In this document: positions 7,539 to 17,533 of the stretch, piece after piece
How the letters are laid out: each line of letters begins with the position of its first letter
Numbering within the stretch: the stretch's first letter is position 1
Assembly: GCA_049510745.1 (NCBI GenBank)
Contig: JBEKYR010000011.1
Location: 64,001 to 128,000 of the forward strand
Length of the DNA stretch: 64,000 nt
Source of the DNA: Verrucomicrobiota bacterium
GTDB lineage: Bacteria; Verrucomicrobiota; Verrucomicrobiia; Limisphaerales; Palsa-1400
Direction of reading: 5' to 3'
Notes under the pieces: generated by a model
Database searches by the model: none
What the model saw: the letters and a program-made list of their open reading frames with translations, nothing else
Told to the model about the DNA's origin: nothing
Position numbers and translations under genes: made by a program

Positions 7539-10370
7539 ATGAAAACGGATTACAAAAACACGTTGAACCTGCCGCAAACCGGCTTCGCCATGAAAGCCGA
7601 TTTGGTGGCCCGCGAGCCGCAACGCCTCCAGCAATGGGAGCGCGCCCGGCTCTATCAGACACTCCAGGCCCGCCGGGCGGGCGCGGAACGATTTGTCCTG
7701 CACGACGGGCCTCCCTTCGCCAACGGCGACGTGCATATCGGCACCGCCCTGAACAAAATTCTCAAGGACATCATTGTCAAATACCACAGTCTGCGCGGCC
7801 GGGACGCGCCTTACGTGCCCGGCTGGGATTGTCACGGCCTGCCCATCGAGTTCAAGGTTTCCCAGGAGATGCGCAAGGCGGGCCGGAGCACGGCGGACCC
7901 GGCGGCCCTCCGCACCGCTTGCGAGGCTGACGCCCGGCAATTCATCGCCAAACAGCGGACCCAGTTCAAACGCCTCGGCGTTCTTGGCGATTGGGAAAAT
8001 CCCTATCTCACGTTGAACAAGGAATACGAGGCCGACGAACTCCGCTTGTTTGCCGACATCGTCGAGAAGGGCTTTGTGTATCGCGGCAAAAAGCCGGTCT
8101 ATTGGAGCATCCCGGCGCGGACGGCGCTGGCCGAGGCGGAGGTCGAGTACCACGACCATACCAGCCAGAGCATTTATGTGAAATTCCCGGTGGCCGGGCA
8201 GCCGGGGACTTTTGTGCTCATCTGGACGACCACGCCTTGGACGCTGCCGGCGAACCTGGCTGTGGCCTATCATTCCAGCCTTGCCTACTCGCTGGTGCGG
8301 GTGGGCGCGGAGGAGTATTGGATGCTCTCGGCGCTGGCGCCGGCGGTGGCGGAGAAATGCGGCTGGCGGGATACCCGAATCGTTCGCACCGCGCGCGGGA
8401 GCGAGTTGGCCGCCCTCGAGTATCAACACCCCTTTTGCCCCCGCAAGGGCCGCCTCCTGGCCGGCGACGCTTTTGTCGATAGCGCCACCGGCACCGGTTT
8501 TGTCCATATCGCGCCCGGACACGGGTTGGACGACTACAATCTGGGGCGCCAGCACGGGCTGCCGATCTATTCGCCGGTCGATGACGACGGCTGTTTTTGC
8601 TGGACGGAGGACCTGCCGGCGGAACAGCAGATGCCGCGGGAACTGGTCGGCAAATCCATTTTGGAAAAGCACGGCAAAAGCGACGCCAACGTCGCGGTGC
8701 TGCACGAATTGCGGACGCGGGGGGCCCTGTTGCACGAGGAGAATTACCAACACAGCTACCCGTATTGCTGGCGCAGCAAGACGCCGATCATCTTTCGCGC
8801 CATGGACCAGTGGTTTTTCAATCTGGCGCAGCCCTTTGGCGGCCAGCCCTTCCGCCAGGCCGCGCTGGAGGAGATCGGCCGCGTGGCCTGGGTGCCGGAT
8901 TGGGCGGTCAACCGCATCAAAAGCGCGGTCGAAACCCGCCCGGACTGGTGCATCTCGCGGCAGCGGGCCTGGGGCGTGCCGCTCCCGGCTTTTTACGACA
9001 GCGAGGGCCGCGCCATTCTGGACGCCGCCATCGTCCGCCGCGTCGCGGACCTGGTCGAGCGGCACGGCTCGAATGTCTGGTTCGAGAAATCGGCCGCCGA
9101 GCTTTGGTCCTCTGTCAAACCTAACGATTGGAGCGGCCCGGAAGCGGCGGCCAAATCCAATGACACCCTCGATGTCTGGATCGATTCCGGCTCCTCGTCG
9201 CGGGCCGTCTTGATGCGCCGGCCGGAATTATGGCACGGCGCCGCGGCGGCGTGGCGGGCGGACGTTTACCTGGAAGGCAGCGACCAGCATCGCGGCTGGT
9301 TCCAATCCTCCCTCCTGCTCTCCCTGGCGGGCAACGGCGCGGCCCCCTACCGCACCGTGCTGACCCACGGCTTCATGGTGGATGCCGACCGCGAAAAAAT
9401 TTCCAAGAGCAAGCACGGCGGTTACGAGAAACCGCAGACCGCCGAAGCCTACGTCAAAAAATACGGCGCGGACGTTCTGCGGCTGTGGGTCGCCTCGCAG
9501 GATTATCGCAACGACATCGTCGTGAGCGAGGAACGCATCAACAAAGTCAGCGAGACCTATCGCGGCATCCGCAACGCCCTGCGTTATCAGCTCTCCAATC
9601 TTTACGATTTCGACCCCGCCAAGGACGCGGTGCCGGACGCGGCGCTGAGCGGGGTGGACCGCTGGATTCTGGCGCGCTTTTCCAAACTCGAAGCCGAGGT
9701 CGCCGCGGCCTACGACCGCTACGAATTCCACGTCGTTTATCAGAAGGTCAGCCAGTTCGCCGCCGTCGAGTTGTCGGCCATTTATCACGATGTGGTCAAG
9801 GATCGGCTTTACACGGAGGCGGCCGGGGCGCCGCGCCGGCGCTCGACGCAAACGGTGCTTTATCGGCTGGCGCGCGGGTTGTGCGCGGCGCTCTCGCCCA
9901 TCCTGGTCTTCACGGCGGACGAAGCCTGGGAGTTTCTTCCCGGCTCCGGCGGCGAATCCGTTCATCTGGCCGTGTGGGAGCCGTCGAGCTTCGCCTGGTC
10001 GGAGGCGGAGGAGGCGCGGTGGGGGAAGCTCTTCGAAATCCGCGAGCTGGCGCTGCCGCAGTTGGAGAAGGAGCGTCAAGCCAAAAATATCGGCAAAGCC
10101 CTTGAAGCCAGGGTGATCGTCCGCGGTTCGGCTAAAGTTCTGGCCCCGTTGTCCGATAACGATGGAGAGGCATTGAGAGAATTATTGAACGTGTCCCAGT
10201 TGCTCTGGCAAGACCAAGCGGACGCGACCGACTTGACGATTGAGGTGTCCAAGGCCGGCGGCCTGAAATGCGGGCGGTGCTGGCATTGGGAACCGGATGT
10301 CGGCGCGGACGCCGGGCACCCGACCCTTTGCGCGCGTTGCGTCGCGGCGGTGCGGCGATGCGTCAAGTAG
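7539..10370 (+). CDS. ileS: Isoleucine--tRNA ligase (type 1)
   Basis: DYKNTLNLP, LHDGPPFANG, HIGT (HIGH site), PGWDCHGLPIE, WTTTPWTLPAN, DWCISRQR, YLEGSDQHRGWF, KISKS, C-terminal CxxC/CxxC zinc finger. Confidence 0.98.
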   Translation: MKTDYKNTLNLPQTGFAMKADLVAREPQRLQQWERARLYQTLQARRAGAERFVLHDGPPFANGDVHIGTALNKILKDIIVKYHSLRGRDAPYVPGWDCHGLPIEFKVSQEMRKAGRSTADPAALRTACEADARQFIAKQRTQFKRLGVLGDWENPYLTLNKEYEADELRLFADIVEKGFVYRGKKPVYWSIPARTALAEAEVEYHDHTSQSIYVKFPVAGQPGTFVLIWTTTPWTLPANLAVAYHSSLAYSLVRVGAEEYWMLSALAPAVAEKCGWRDTRIVRTARGSELAALEYQHPFCPRKGRLLAGDAFVDSATGTGFVHIAPGHGLDDYNLGRQHGLPIYSPVDDDGCFCWTEDLPAEQQMPRELVGKSILEKHGKSDANVAVLHELRTRGALLHEENYQHSYPYCWRSKTPIIFRAMDQWFFNLAQPFGGQPFRQAALEEIGRVAWVPDWAVNRIKSAVETRPDWCISRQRAWGVPLPAFYDSEGRAILDAAIVRRVADLVERHGSNVWFEKSAAELWSSVKPNDWSGPEAAAKSNDTLDVWIDSGSSSRAVLMRRPELWHGAAAAWRADVYLEGSDQHRGWFQSSLLLSLAGNGAAPYRTVLTHGFMVDADREKISKSKHGGYEKPQTAEAYVKKYGADVLRLWVASQDYRNDIVVSEERINKVSETYRGIRNALRYQLSNLYDFDPAKDAVPDAALSGVDRWILARFSKLEAEVAAAYDRYEFHVVYQKVSQFAAVELSAIYHDVVKDRLYTEAAGAPRRRSTQTVLYRLARGLCAALSPILVFTADEAWEFLPGSGGESVHLAVWEPSSFAWSEAEEARWGKLFEIRELALPQLEKERQAKNIGKALEARVIVRGSAKVLAPLSDNDGEALRELLNVSQLLWQDQADATDLTIEVSKAGGLKCGRCWHWEPDVGADAGHPTLCARCVAAVRRCVK

Positions 10371-10373
10371 CGG

Positions 10374-13160
10374 ATGAAGCCTTCCCCCTTCAGCACCCCT
10401 GTCCGCGCCTTGCTGCTGGCGGCGTTGTATGTGATCGGCGGACTGCTGGGCAAGGCCTCCTCGTTCATGTCGGGCGAGGTCGCGCTGGTCTGGCCGCCGG
10501 CGGGGATCGCGCTGGCGGCGATTCTGTTGTTCGGCTACCGGATGTGGTGGGGAGTGGCGGCGGGGGCCTTGCTCTTTACCTTGGTGCGCGGCACGCCCTT
10601 TGGCTTTTTCACCGTCGCCACCGCCGTGGGCAACACGATGGGCGCGATCCTCTGCGCTTATCTCTTGGAACGCTTTGTCGGGTTCCGCAATTCCATGGAA
10701 CGCGCCAGGGACGCGGCGGGCTTCATTTTTTTCGCCTGTCTGCTCGGCACGACCGTCAATGCCGCCTTCAATGGGCTGGGGTTGTACGACGCGGGACGGC
10801 TGCCGTTTGACGAACTGTTCCCCAACATCCTGACTTGGTGGGTGCCCAACGCGATGGGCGTCCTGGTGGTCGCTCCCATCATCCTGGCCTGGTGTACTCC
10901 CAATTCGCTGCGCCTGGATTGGCGCGGCGGCGTGGAGGCCGTTTGCTGCGGCCTGGGCCTGATCGCGGGGACCCAGCTTTCTTTTAACTCGTGGTTTGCC
11001 TACGGCGTCGAGAATTATCCGCTGGCCTATTTGCCGTATCCCTTCCTGGTTTGGGCCGCCTTGCGCTTCGGCCAGCGCGGCGCCACCACCGGCACGCTGG
11101 TCGTGGCGGCGCTGTCCATCCACGAATTGCTCCACCATCGCGGCCCGTTCTATGCGGGCAACGATAAAACCAGCCTCATGCTCATCGGCTGTTACATCGC
11201 CATTGTCGCCGTGGGCGATCTCCTTTTGGCCGCCGTGTCGATCGAACGCGAAGTGGCCGTGCATGACACGCGGGAGAGCGAGAGCCGGTATCGCGGAGTG
11301 GTCGAGGACCAGACCGATTTGATTTGCCGGTTCACCCCGGACGGCACGCTGGTGTTTGTCAACCAGGCCTACTGCCGGTTTCAGGGCAAGACGCGCGAGC
11401 AACTCCTGGGGACCAACTTCTTTCCCGCCCTGGCCGAGCAGGACCGCGAAATCCCCCTGCTGCAATTCGCCCGTCTGACCCCGTCGGACCCCATCCAGGC
11501 CTTTGACAACAAAGTCCTGCTGGGCAACGGCAAACTGGTCTGGCAGCAATGCACCGTGCGCGCCCTCTTTGACGAGGCCGGCCAGATCACGGAATTTCAG
11601 GCCGTGATGGAGGACATTACGCGGCGCAAGGAATCCGAGGAGGCCTTGCGCCTGGGCGAGGAACGCTCCCGCGCCATTCTCCATAGCATGGTCGATGGCG
11701 TCATCGTGCTGGACGACCGGGGGGCGGTGACGCTGTTCAATCCGGCGGCGGAGCGGATTTTCCAGCGCCCGGCCAGCCAGGTGCTCAACCTGAGCATCCG
11801 CAATCTGTTCGCGCCGGACGAGTGGCAGAAGTACGACGATTACCTGGCCGGGCATCTGGGGGAGAATCCGCCCAAAGTCATCGAAGTCAACGCCCTGCGC
11901 GCCAACGGCAGCCTCCTGCCCATCGACCTGGCGGTGAGCGAAATCTCCCGCGGCGGCGTGCTCATGCTCATTGTCATCGTGCGCGACATCTCCGAGCGCC
12001 GCAAGCTGGAGGAGCAGTACCGTCAAGCACAAAAAATGGAGGCCGTCGGGCGCCTGGCCGGGGGCATCGCGCACGATTTCAACAACCTCATGCAGGCCAT
12101 CCTGGGTTACAGCAATTTGCTCGACCGCCGCCTGGCGCCGGGCGACCCCAATCACGAGACGGTCGAGCACATTCAAAAATCGCTGGCCCACGCCACTTCG
12201 CTCACCCGGCAATTGCTGGCCTTCAGCCGCAAGCAGGTGCTCAAGCCCAAGCTGCTCGCCTTGAACAGCGTGGTCGCAGACATGACCCACCTGTTGCAGC
12301 GCGTCCTGGGCGAAACGATCCAGTTGGAAATGAAGCTGGCCGAGCCGGTCCCCTGGATTCGGGCCGACCCCGGCCAAATGGAGCAATTGATCTTGAATCT
12401 CGCCATCAACGCCCGCGATGCCATGTCCCAGGGCGGCACCCTGGGCATCGAGACGAGCAACCTCACTTTTACCGAGCCGAAGACCTTTTCCTCCGGCCGC
12501 CTGCCGCCCGGTTCCTACGCCCTGTTGAGCATTTCGGACACCGGCTGCGGCATGTCGCCCGAAGTCCAGGCCCATTTGTTCGAACCGTTCTTCACCACCA
12601 AGGAAACCGGCAAGGGCACCGGCCTGGGCCTGTCCAACGTCTATGGCGTTGTCAAACAAACAGGCGGCGAAATCACCGTCACCACCGCTCCCGGCCTGGG
12701 CACCACCTTCAACATCTATCTGCCCCGCTTTGATGGCCGCGCGCCCGAGGAAGAATCGACCCACCTGACCCACGCCTCCGGGGGCGGCCACGAAACCATC
12801 CTGCTGGTCGAGGACGAGGAGTTGGTCCGCATGATGCTCCTGGAAGTCTTGAAAGCCGCCGGTTACAACGTCCTTGACGCCCGCCAAGGCGCCGACGCCC
12901 TCGTTCTGGCCGGGCAGCACACGGGGCCGATCGACCTGTTGATCACGGACATGACCATGCCCGGTTTCAGCGGCTCGGAACTGGCCCGGCGCCTGACGGA
13001 AAAGCGGCCCGACATGCGCGTCCTGTTCATCTCCGGCTACACCGACCAGGAGGCGGCGCAATGGGGCAAGCTCAACCAGCCCGTGCAATTCCTGCAAAAG
13101 CCCTTTCATCCCGACGCCCTCCTGGCCAAGGCGCGCGGCATCCTGGACCGCAAGAAATGA
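10374..13160 (+). CDS. Hybrid sensor histidine kinase: MASE1-PAS-PAS-HisKA-HATPase-REC
   Basis: MASE1 (VWPPAGIALA, WAALRFG), two PAS domains, GRLAGGIAHDFNN, NLAINARDAM, FEPFFTTK..GKGTGLGL, receiver ILLVEDE...LLITD. Confidence 0.95.
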   Translation: MKPSPFSTPVRALLLAALYVIGGLLGKASSFMSGEVALVWPPAGIALAAILLFGYRMWWGVAAGALLFTLVRGTPFGFFTVATAVGNTMGAILCAYLLERFVGFRNSMERARDAAGFIFFACLLGTTVNAAFNGLGLYDAGRLPFDELFPNILTWWVPNAMGVLVVAPIILAWCTPNSLRLDWRGGVEAVCCGLGLIAGTQLSFNSWFAYGVENYPLAYLPYPFLVWAALRFGQRGATTGTLVVAALSIHELLHHRGPFYAGNDKTSLMLIGCYIAIVAVGDLLLAAVSIEREVAVHDTRESESRYRGVVEDQTDLICRFTPDGTLVFVNQAYCRFQGKTREQLLGTNFFPALAEQDREIPLLQFARLTPSDPIQAFDNKVLLGNGKLVWQQCTVRALFDEAGQITEFQAVMEDITRRKESEEALRLGEERSRAILHSMVDGVIVLDDRGAVTLFNPAAERIFQRPASQVLNLSIRNLFAPDEWQKYDDYLAGHLGENPPKVIEVNALRANGSLLPIDLAVSEISRGGVLMLIVIVRDISERRKLEEQYRQAQKMEAVGRLAGGIAHDFNNLMQAILGYSNLLDRRLAPGDPNHETVEHIQKSLAHATSLTRQLLAFSRKQVLKPKLLALNSVVADMTHLLQRVLGETIQLEMKLAEPVPWIRADPGQMEQLILNLAINARDAMSQGGTLGIETSNLTFTEPKTFSSGRLPPGSYALLSISDTGCGMSPEVQAHLFEPFFTTKETGKGTGLGLSNVYGVVKQTGGEITVTTAPGLGTTFNIYLPRFDGRAPEEESTHLTHASGGGHETILLVEDEELVRMMLLEVLKAAGYNVLDARQGADALVLAGQHTGPIDLLITDMTMPGFSGSELARRLTEKRPDMRVLFISGYTDQEAAQWGKLNQPVQFLQKPFHPDALLAKARGILDRKK

Positions 13161-13240
13161 CGGACTGCCGGGGAATCGTTGCAGGCAAGACAAAGCTGAT
13201 AAGGCTTGAAAGCTGGCCAACCTCAAAATATATTGTCTGC

Positions 13241-13657
13241 GTGACGGCTGACATTTCAGATTATCTAAGCTTGGTGAACGAATGCCAGATTACCGAGATG
13301 CAGAAGGCGGGGCAAGACCTCATCCCTGACGCGGTCGGTTCATTGGAGGTCTTTTCGGAGCACGTGCGAAATGTGGAAGCGGCGTTAATCCACACCTATC
13401 AGATCACCGCGTTCGTGGCCGTACGTGAGCCGGACCCGCAACACGCCGCAAAACATTGGAAGGAAATGGTCAGAATTTGCGAGAGAGCATTAACGGCCAC
13501 AAAAGAACTCAGGGACAAATTCCCTAATTGCCGCACGCCCGAATTGTACGATCTGGCGCTGGACTACATGCTTGAGGCTCAAAAACGATTTCACGAAAAC
13601 CTACAGGATTCAGAATGTCCCAGCCCACCGGAGGGATTATTCCCGAAGACGCCCTGA
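13241..13657 (+). CDS. Hypothetical helical protein (138 aa, GTG start)
   Basis: Preceded by TTGAAA-17-TATATT-6-GTG; lower GC than flanking genes. Confidence 0.65.
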   Translation: MTADISDYLSLVNECQITEMQKAGQDLIPDAVGSLEVFSEHVRNVEAALIHTYQITAFVAVREPDPQHAAKHWKEMVRICERALTATKELRDKFPNCRTPELYDLALDYMLEAQKRFHENLQDSECPSPPEGLFPKTP

Positions 13658-13881
13658 GCCGTCTGACGGAACTATTTACGCAAGTTGAAGGCGCCTCCAA
13701 ACCGCTCTCCAGAGCGTGTCGGGAAGCGGAATTTGAGTTCAATTCTCTGGTCGAGAAAATCCATGCCGAAATCGTTCAGCCTCGGTTCTCTTCCGTCACG
13801 CTGACGCAGTTCCGCAGCCAGACCAGAAGATACTGCAGGGCAAGAGCCTCAAAAGAGAGCCCGCCGTTCCCCTGCGTTTAG
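13615..13881 (+). CDS. Small hypothetical protein overlapping the upstream gene
   Basis: 88 aa ATG ORF, same composition as its partner. Confidence 0.5.
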   Translation: MSQPTGGIIPEDALSRLTELFTQVEGASKPLSRACREAEFEFNSLVEKIHAEIVQPRFSSVTLTQFRSQTRRYCRARASKESPPFPCV

Positions 13882-13935
13882 ACAAAACCTCTCTCAGCCC
13901 GGTCCAAAATTGACAATTATATTCTTAAGCCGGTT

Positions 13936-14184
13936 TTGCTGGAGATTTTGGACGACCGCCACGGCCAAAGCGCCACGCTGATCACCAGCCAGTTTCCCGT
14001 CAGCCAATGGCACGAGTTGATCAACGACGCCGCCGTGGCCGACGCCGTTCTGGATCGATTGGTCCACAACGCTTATCGCCTCAAACTCAAAGGTGAGTCA
14101 TTGCGTAAGACCATCGCCGTCCCGGATATCCCCGGTTCTTCAAGCGCTGCGCTCATTCCAATCCATCGCTCTCCGTCCAGATGA
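13936..14184 (+). pseudogene. istB: IS21-family IstB ATPase, C-terminal remnant
   Basis: [24 protein letters not shown]...[23 protein letters not shown] is the IstB C-terminus; no Walker A and no istA present. Confidence 0.9.
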
Positions 14185-14205
14185 AATGGATCAGAAGGGT
14201 ACTCG

Positions 14206-14781
14206 TCAATAAACAAAATAATACCAATGTGGCTGGATTTGTGCCGCTATTCGGCGCTCGGCAAACGAACCCTGTGGAATCCGATCTCCGGAGCAATAAA
14301 TGTAACCGGCAGAGTGTGCTGGAAAGCCGCGGATATCGGTATCGAATTCCACGACGAGAATATTGGAAGTCTTTTGCGCCCACACGGCTTCACACAGGCG
14401 CGCCGTGGCCTGTTCCGGGGGAATGTGAACAACGTTCGTGGAAACAGGTATCGCGTTTGTTTCTATGCGATGAACAAGTGCCTCGTAACTGGGGAAGCGC
14501 CATCGAAAAAGGGCGGCGGAGATCGGCCAGGACATAAAAATCGACGCAACCGGCAGCGCAAGAACGAAGACCAGAGGGACAAATCCGCGCCACCCAATTC
14601 GCCGACGTTCGTCCTCGGCGCGAAAAATTGGAAAACATGCCAGAATGCATGCGGCCAGAAACACGGGCACGGAAAGCTCCAGGAATAGCCTTGTTGCGTC
14701 GCAGGCATGTGACCAATAGGCAACAAGGCCAACGCACGAAATCGACGCCATCCCCAAGGCTGCTTTTCCAGAGCGTGACAT
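14206..14781 (-). CDS. Hypothetical membrane protein, lower GC
   Basis: Three hydrophobic segments followed by a soluble domain ending QIQPHWYYFVY; TTGACT-16-TAAGTC upstream. Confidence 0.6.
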   Translation of the reverse strand: MSRSGKAALGMASISCVGLVAYWSHACDATRLFLELSVPVFLAACILACFPIFRAEDERRRIGWRGFVPLVFVLALPVASIFMSWPISAALFRWRFPSYEALVHRIETNAIPVSTNVVHIPPEQATARLCEAVWAQKTSNILVVEFDTDIRGFPAHSAGYIYCSGDRIPQGSFAERRIAAQIQPHWYYFVY

Positions 14782-14992
14782 AAAACCGTTTGGACATAGA
14801 CTTAGCGGCCCGCCTCGGCGAGTCAAGTCAAGGCTCACATGCGCTCCCTCCGGCCCTTTATTGGTTCCCTTGAATTTCGACGCTTCTTCACCGCAAAACT
14901 TTAGTGCGCCGAAAAATACCCGGATCCGGCGACAGCGACCGGTGACGAAAAACCTCACAAGTGCCACCACCGTCAGAGGGCTCAAGCCCTCT

Positions 14993-15190
14993 TCAATTAC
15001 CAATTTTCAATTTTCAATTCCAAATTTTCAATGCCGTTCCAGAAATCCCAGTCAAGGCGGGTCAAGGTTGGTCAAGCGCTCTTCAATTCCCATTTTTCAA
15101 TGGCCTTCCAGGGCGCTGGGGCCAAGCCCGTCAAGGTCAGCGGAAGCCGGAACTTCCTCCTTCCTCCTTCTGCCTTCTTCCTTCTGTTCA
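14993..15190. repeat. Low-complexity intergenic repeat tract (TTTTCAA heptamers, GTCAAG ~10-mers, CTTCCTC/CTTCTGC heptamers)
   Basis: Tandem copies visible directly in the sequence. Confidence 0.7.
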
Positions 15191-15276
15191 GCCATCTTTC
15201 ATGGACAAAAGGCACGCGGGAGCCGATAGTCCGGAAGCCGTATGAGCAACGCACGAAAGCCTGAAGCAGCAACTCC

Positions 15277-16452
15277 ATGAAACCGTCAGAGTCCGGGGCA
15301 GCAGGGGCCGCGAGGGATTTGGCAAATCCGCGGGAGCAGAAGTGCCTCCCAGAGCAACCGGTGCAGGCGGGCGCCGCCGGCACTCACAGCCCGGCCTACC
15401 GGGGATCGCTCGATTTCATCCGGCAATGGGTGCGCCATCGGCAAGGGTCGCCCGACGAATTGATTCGCGCCCTGGAGCGGGAGGTCGGCTGGCCTTCCCG
15501 CCACGTGCTGGTTCCGATCCTGGAGCAATTGCGCTCCAGCCGCGACCTGCCGGAGGCGGAGCGGAAATATCTTCTTTACACGTTGAACGCCGGGGCCGTC
15601 GCCGCCGCCCTGGCCGGGGGCGCCGATCCCGGCTCCGAATACCAGTCCTCGCTCGACGAACTCTTTGGCCGCAGCCGCCGTTTCCGCCGCTCGAAGCAAT
15701 TCGCCGCCGCGGTCGAGTTTGTCGCCCGGTTTCGCGACTATTCCCCCTTCAACAACATGCTGGTCTATCTGCAAAATCCGCTGGCGACCCACTTCGCCAC
15801 CGCCCGGCATTGGCACAAGGCCTTTGGCCGCTCGATCAAGAACGAGGCGCGCGGCATGATCATCCTGGCGCCCCGCACCCCGGTCCTGCTGGTCTATGAC
15901 ATCGCCGACACGGAGGGGCCGCCGCTGCCGGGAAACTTCGGCGTGTTCGCGCAAACCTCGGGCCGGTTCAATCCCGCCCTCCTCGAACGCACCGTCAAGA
16001 ATTGCGAGCGCGACAGAATCCAGGTCGAACGCAAGTCCATGGGCGGGTTGCGCGGCGGCTTTGCCACGACGCGCGCGCAGGATTCAGCCTGGAAAATGCG
16101 CATCGCTCTGCGGGCGGAACTGGACGACGCGGCCGCCTACGCCGTGCTCTGCCACGAGTTGGCCCATGTCTATCTGGGGCACCTGGGCGCGGACCGGGAC
16201 GGCGCCTGGCCGTTTCGCATGAACTTGTCCGAAGCGGTCACGGAGATCGAGGCCGAATCGACCGCCTACGTGGTCTGCGCCCGCGCGGGGCTTCGCACCC
16301 GCTCGGCGGAGTATCTGGCCGGCTACGTCGAGGACAATTCGGACCTCGACGCCATTAGTCTTGACTTAATCAGCCGGGTGGCGGGGCGGATCGAGGAGAT
16401 GGGCCGCCGCCTGCTGCCGCCGCGGGAAAAACCCGCGCCGGGCGGGACTTGA
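15277..16452 (+). CDS. ArdC-like protein: ssDNA-binding ArdC-N domain plus zincin (MPTase/ImmA-like) domain
   Basis: F..YS.FN.ML..LQ.P.AT..AT...W...GR.IK.....I.LAP, then HELAH and E.EAES.AY.V.....S..YL. Confidence 0.8.
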   Translation: MKPSESGAAGAARDLANPREQKCLPEQPVQAGAAGTHSPAYRGSLDFIRQWVRHRQGSPDELIRALEREVGWPSRHVLVPILEQLRSSRDLPEAERKYLLYTLNAGAVAAALAGGADPGSEYQSSLDELFGRSRRFRRSKQFAAAVEFVARFRDYSPFNNMLVYLQNPLATHFATARHWHKAFGRSIKNEARGMIILAPRTPVLLVYDIADTEGPPLPGNFGVFAQTSGRFNPALLERTVKNCERDRIQVERKSMGGLRGGFATTRAQDSAWKMRIALRAELDDAAAYAVLCHELAHVYLGHLGADRDGAWPFRMNLSEAVTEIEAESTAYVVCARAGLRTRSAEYLAGYVEDNSDLDAISLDLISRVAGRIEEMGRRLLPPREKPAPGGT

Positions 16453-16479
16453 GGAAGGCCGTCAACCTTCGCGGGCGGG

Positions 16480-17475
16480 TCAGTTCAGCGGACCGCCGTT
16501 TTTGCGCAGGACATCGGAAATCTTCACCGGACAACCGCCCTGGCGCTTGCTTTCGTCGGCCGCCTCCAGGAAGGCGTAGATTTCCAAGGTTTCCTCCGGC
16601 GGCACCGGGGCGACGCCGGTTTGGAAAAACTTCACCACCTCGCGCAGGAACGGCGTGTAGTCCACATCCAATTCACGCTCCAGCACCTTCTTCGAGCCGA
16701 AAACCGTCACGCGATACGGATCGGCCCCGTTGCGCAGCCCGCGCAAGGTTCCCACCTTGCCGTCGTTCCAGACTCCCGTCACCAAATGGGTGTCCGCCGT
16801 GGCCGTGCAGGCGACCGTCTGGCAGCCGGTCCCCATAATCGTGTAGAGCGCTTCCGCCGGATGAATCCCGTACCAGAACAAATCCGGATGATGCGGTTCC
16901 AGTTCGCAGGGGCCGCAGGAACTGGCGCCCTTGATCACGCCCGCGCCGGCCTCCTTCATTTGCCGCAGATTCACCGAGTAGCGCAAACAGGACCCGCTGA
17001 AAATCGGCACATGATTCTCCTTGGCCGCGCGGTAAATCTCGATGGCGTCGCGCAAGGACCCCGCCACCGGCTTGTCAATGAATATCGGCTTGTGCGCCCG
17101 GATGACCGGCAGCGCCTCCTGCAAATGCGGCCGGCCGTCGATGCTCTCCACCATGACCACATCCGCTTCCTTGAGCAATTCATCAATGCTCCCGACTATT
17201 TTCACTCCCAATTTCTCCCCGACCGTCTTGGCGTAGCCGTCCACGTGTTCCGAACTTTGGGCGATGTCCGGGCTGCCGCCCTTGAGCGCGACGACGACGC
17301 GCGTTCCCGGGATGAAATTCTTGTCGTTGGGATCATTCAAGCGCCGGGTGAACTCCACCGCGTGGGACGTATCCAATCCGATCATGCCGATGCGCAAATC
17401 AGCCGCCGCCGCGGTGAAAGTCATCGCGCCACAAAAGAGCAAGGGGAAGCAGGGCCGTCGAAAAATCATAAGCAA
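16480..17475 (-). CDS. Gfo/Idh/MocA family oxidoreductase (probably exported)
   Basis: LRIGMIGLDTSH, ESIDGRPH, FIDKP, LFWYGIH; N-terminal signal-like segment. Confidence 0.9.
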   Translation of the reverse strand: MLMIFRRPCFPLLFCGAMTFTAAAADLRIGMIGLDTSHAVEFTRRLNDPNDKNFIPGTRVVVALKGGSPDIAQSSEHVDGYAKTVGEKLGVKIVGSIDELLKEADVVMVESIDGRPHLQEALPVIRAHKPIFIDKPVAGSLRDAIEIYRAAKENHVPIFSGSCLRYSVNLRQMKEAGAGVIKGASSCGPCELEPHHPDLFWYGIHPAEALYTIMGTGCQTVACTATADTHLVTGVWNDGKVGTLRGLRNGADPYRVTVFGSKKVLERELDVDYTPFLREVVKFFQTGVAPVPPEETLEIYAFLEAADESKRQGGCPVKISDVLRKNGGPLN

Positions 17476-17533
17476 GGCTCTTTATGCGGCGGCTGGCCGG
17501 AGGCGGCAAGCGCATTTTTCCCGGAAGCGACGG

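Noticed and set aside
10182..13226. 1014-aa minus-strand ORF, and similar long antisense ORFs (23796-26588, 7473-9065, 17630-19591, 28204-29862, 53060-54772, 48442-50046)
   Set aside because: Shadow frames of well-supported genes in high-GC DNA; no recognisable motifs.
13900..14200. An intact IS21 element
   Set aside because: Only the istB 3' end remains; no istA, and I could not find terminal repeats.
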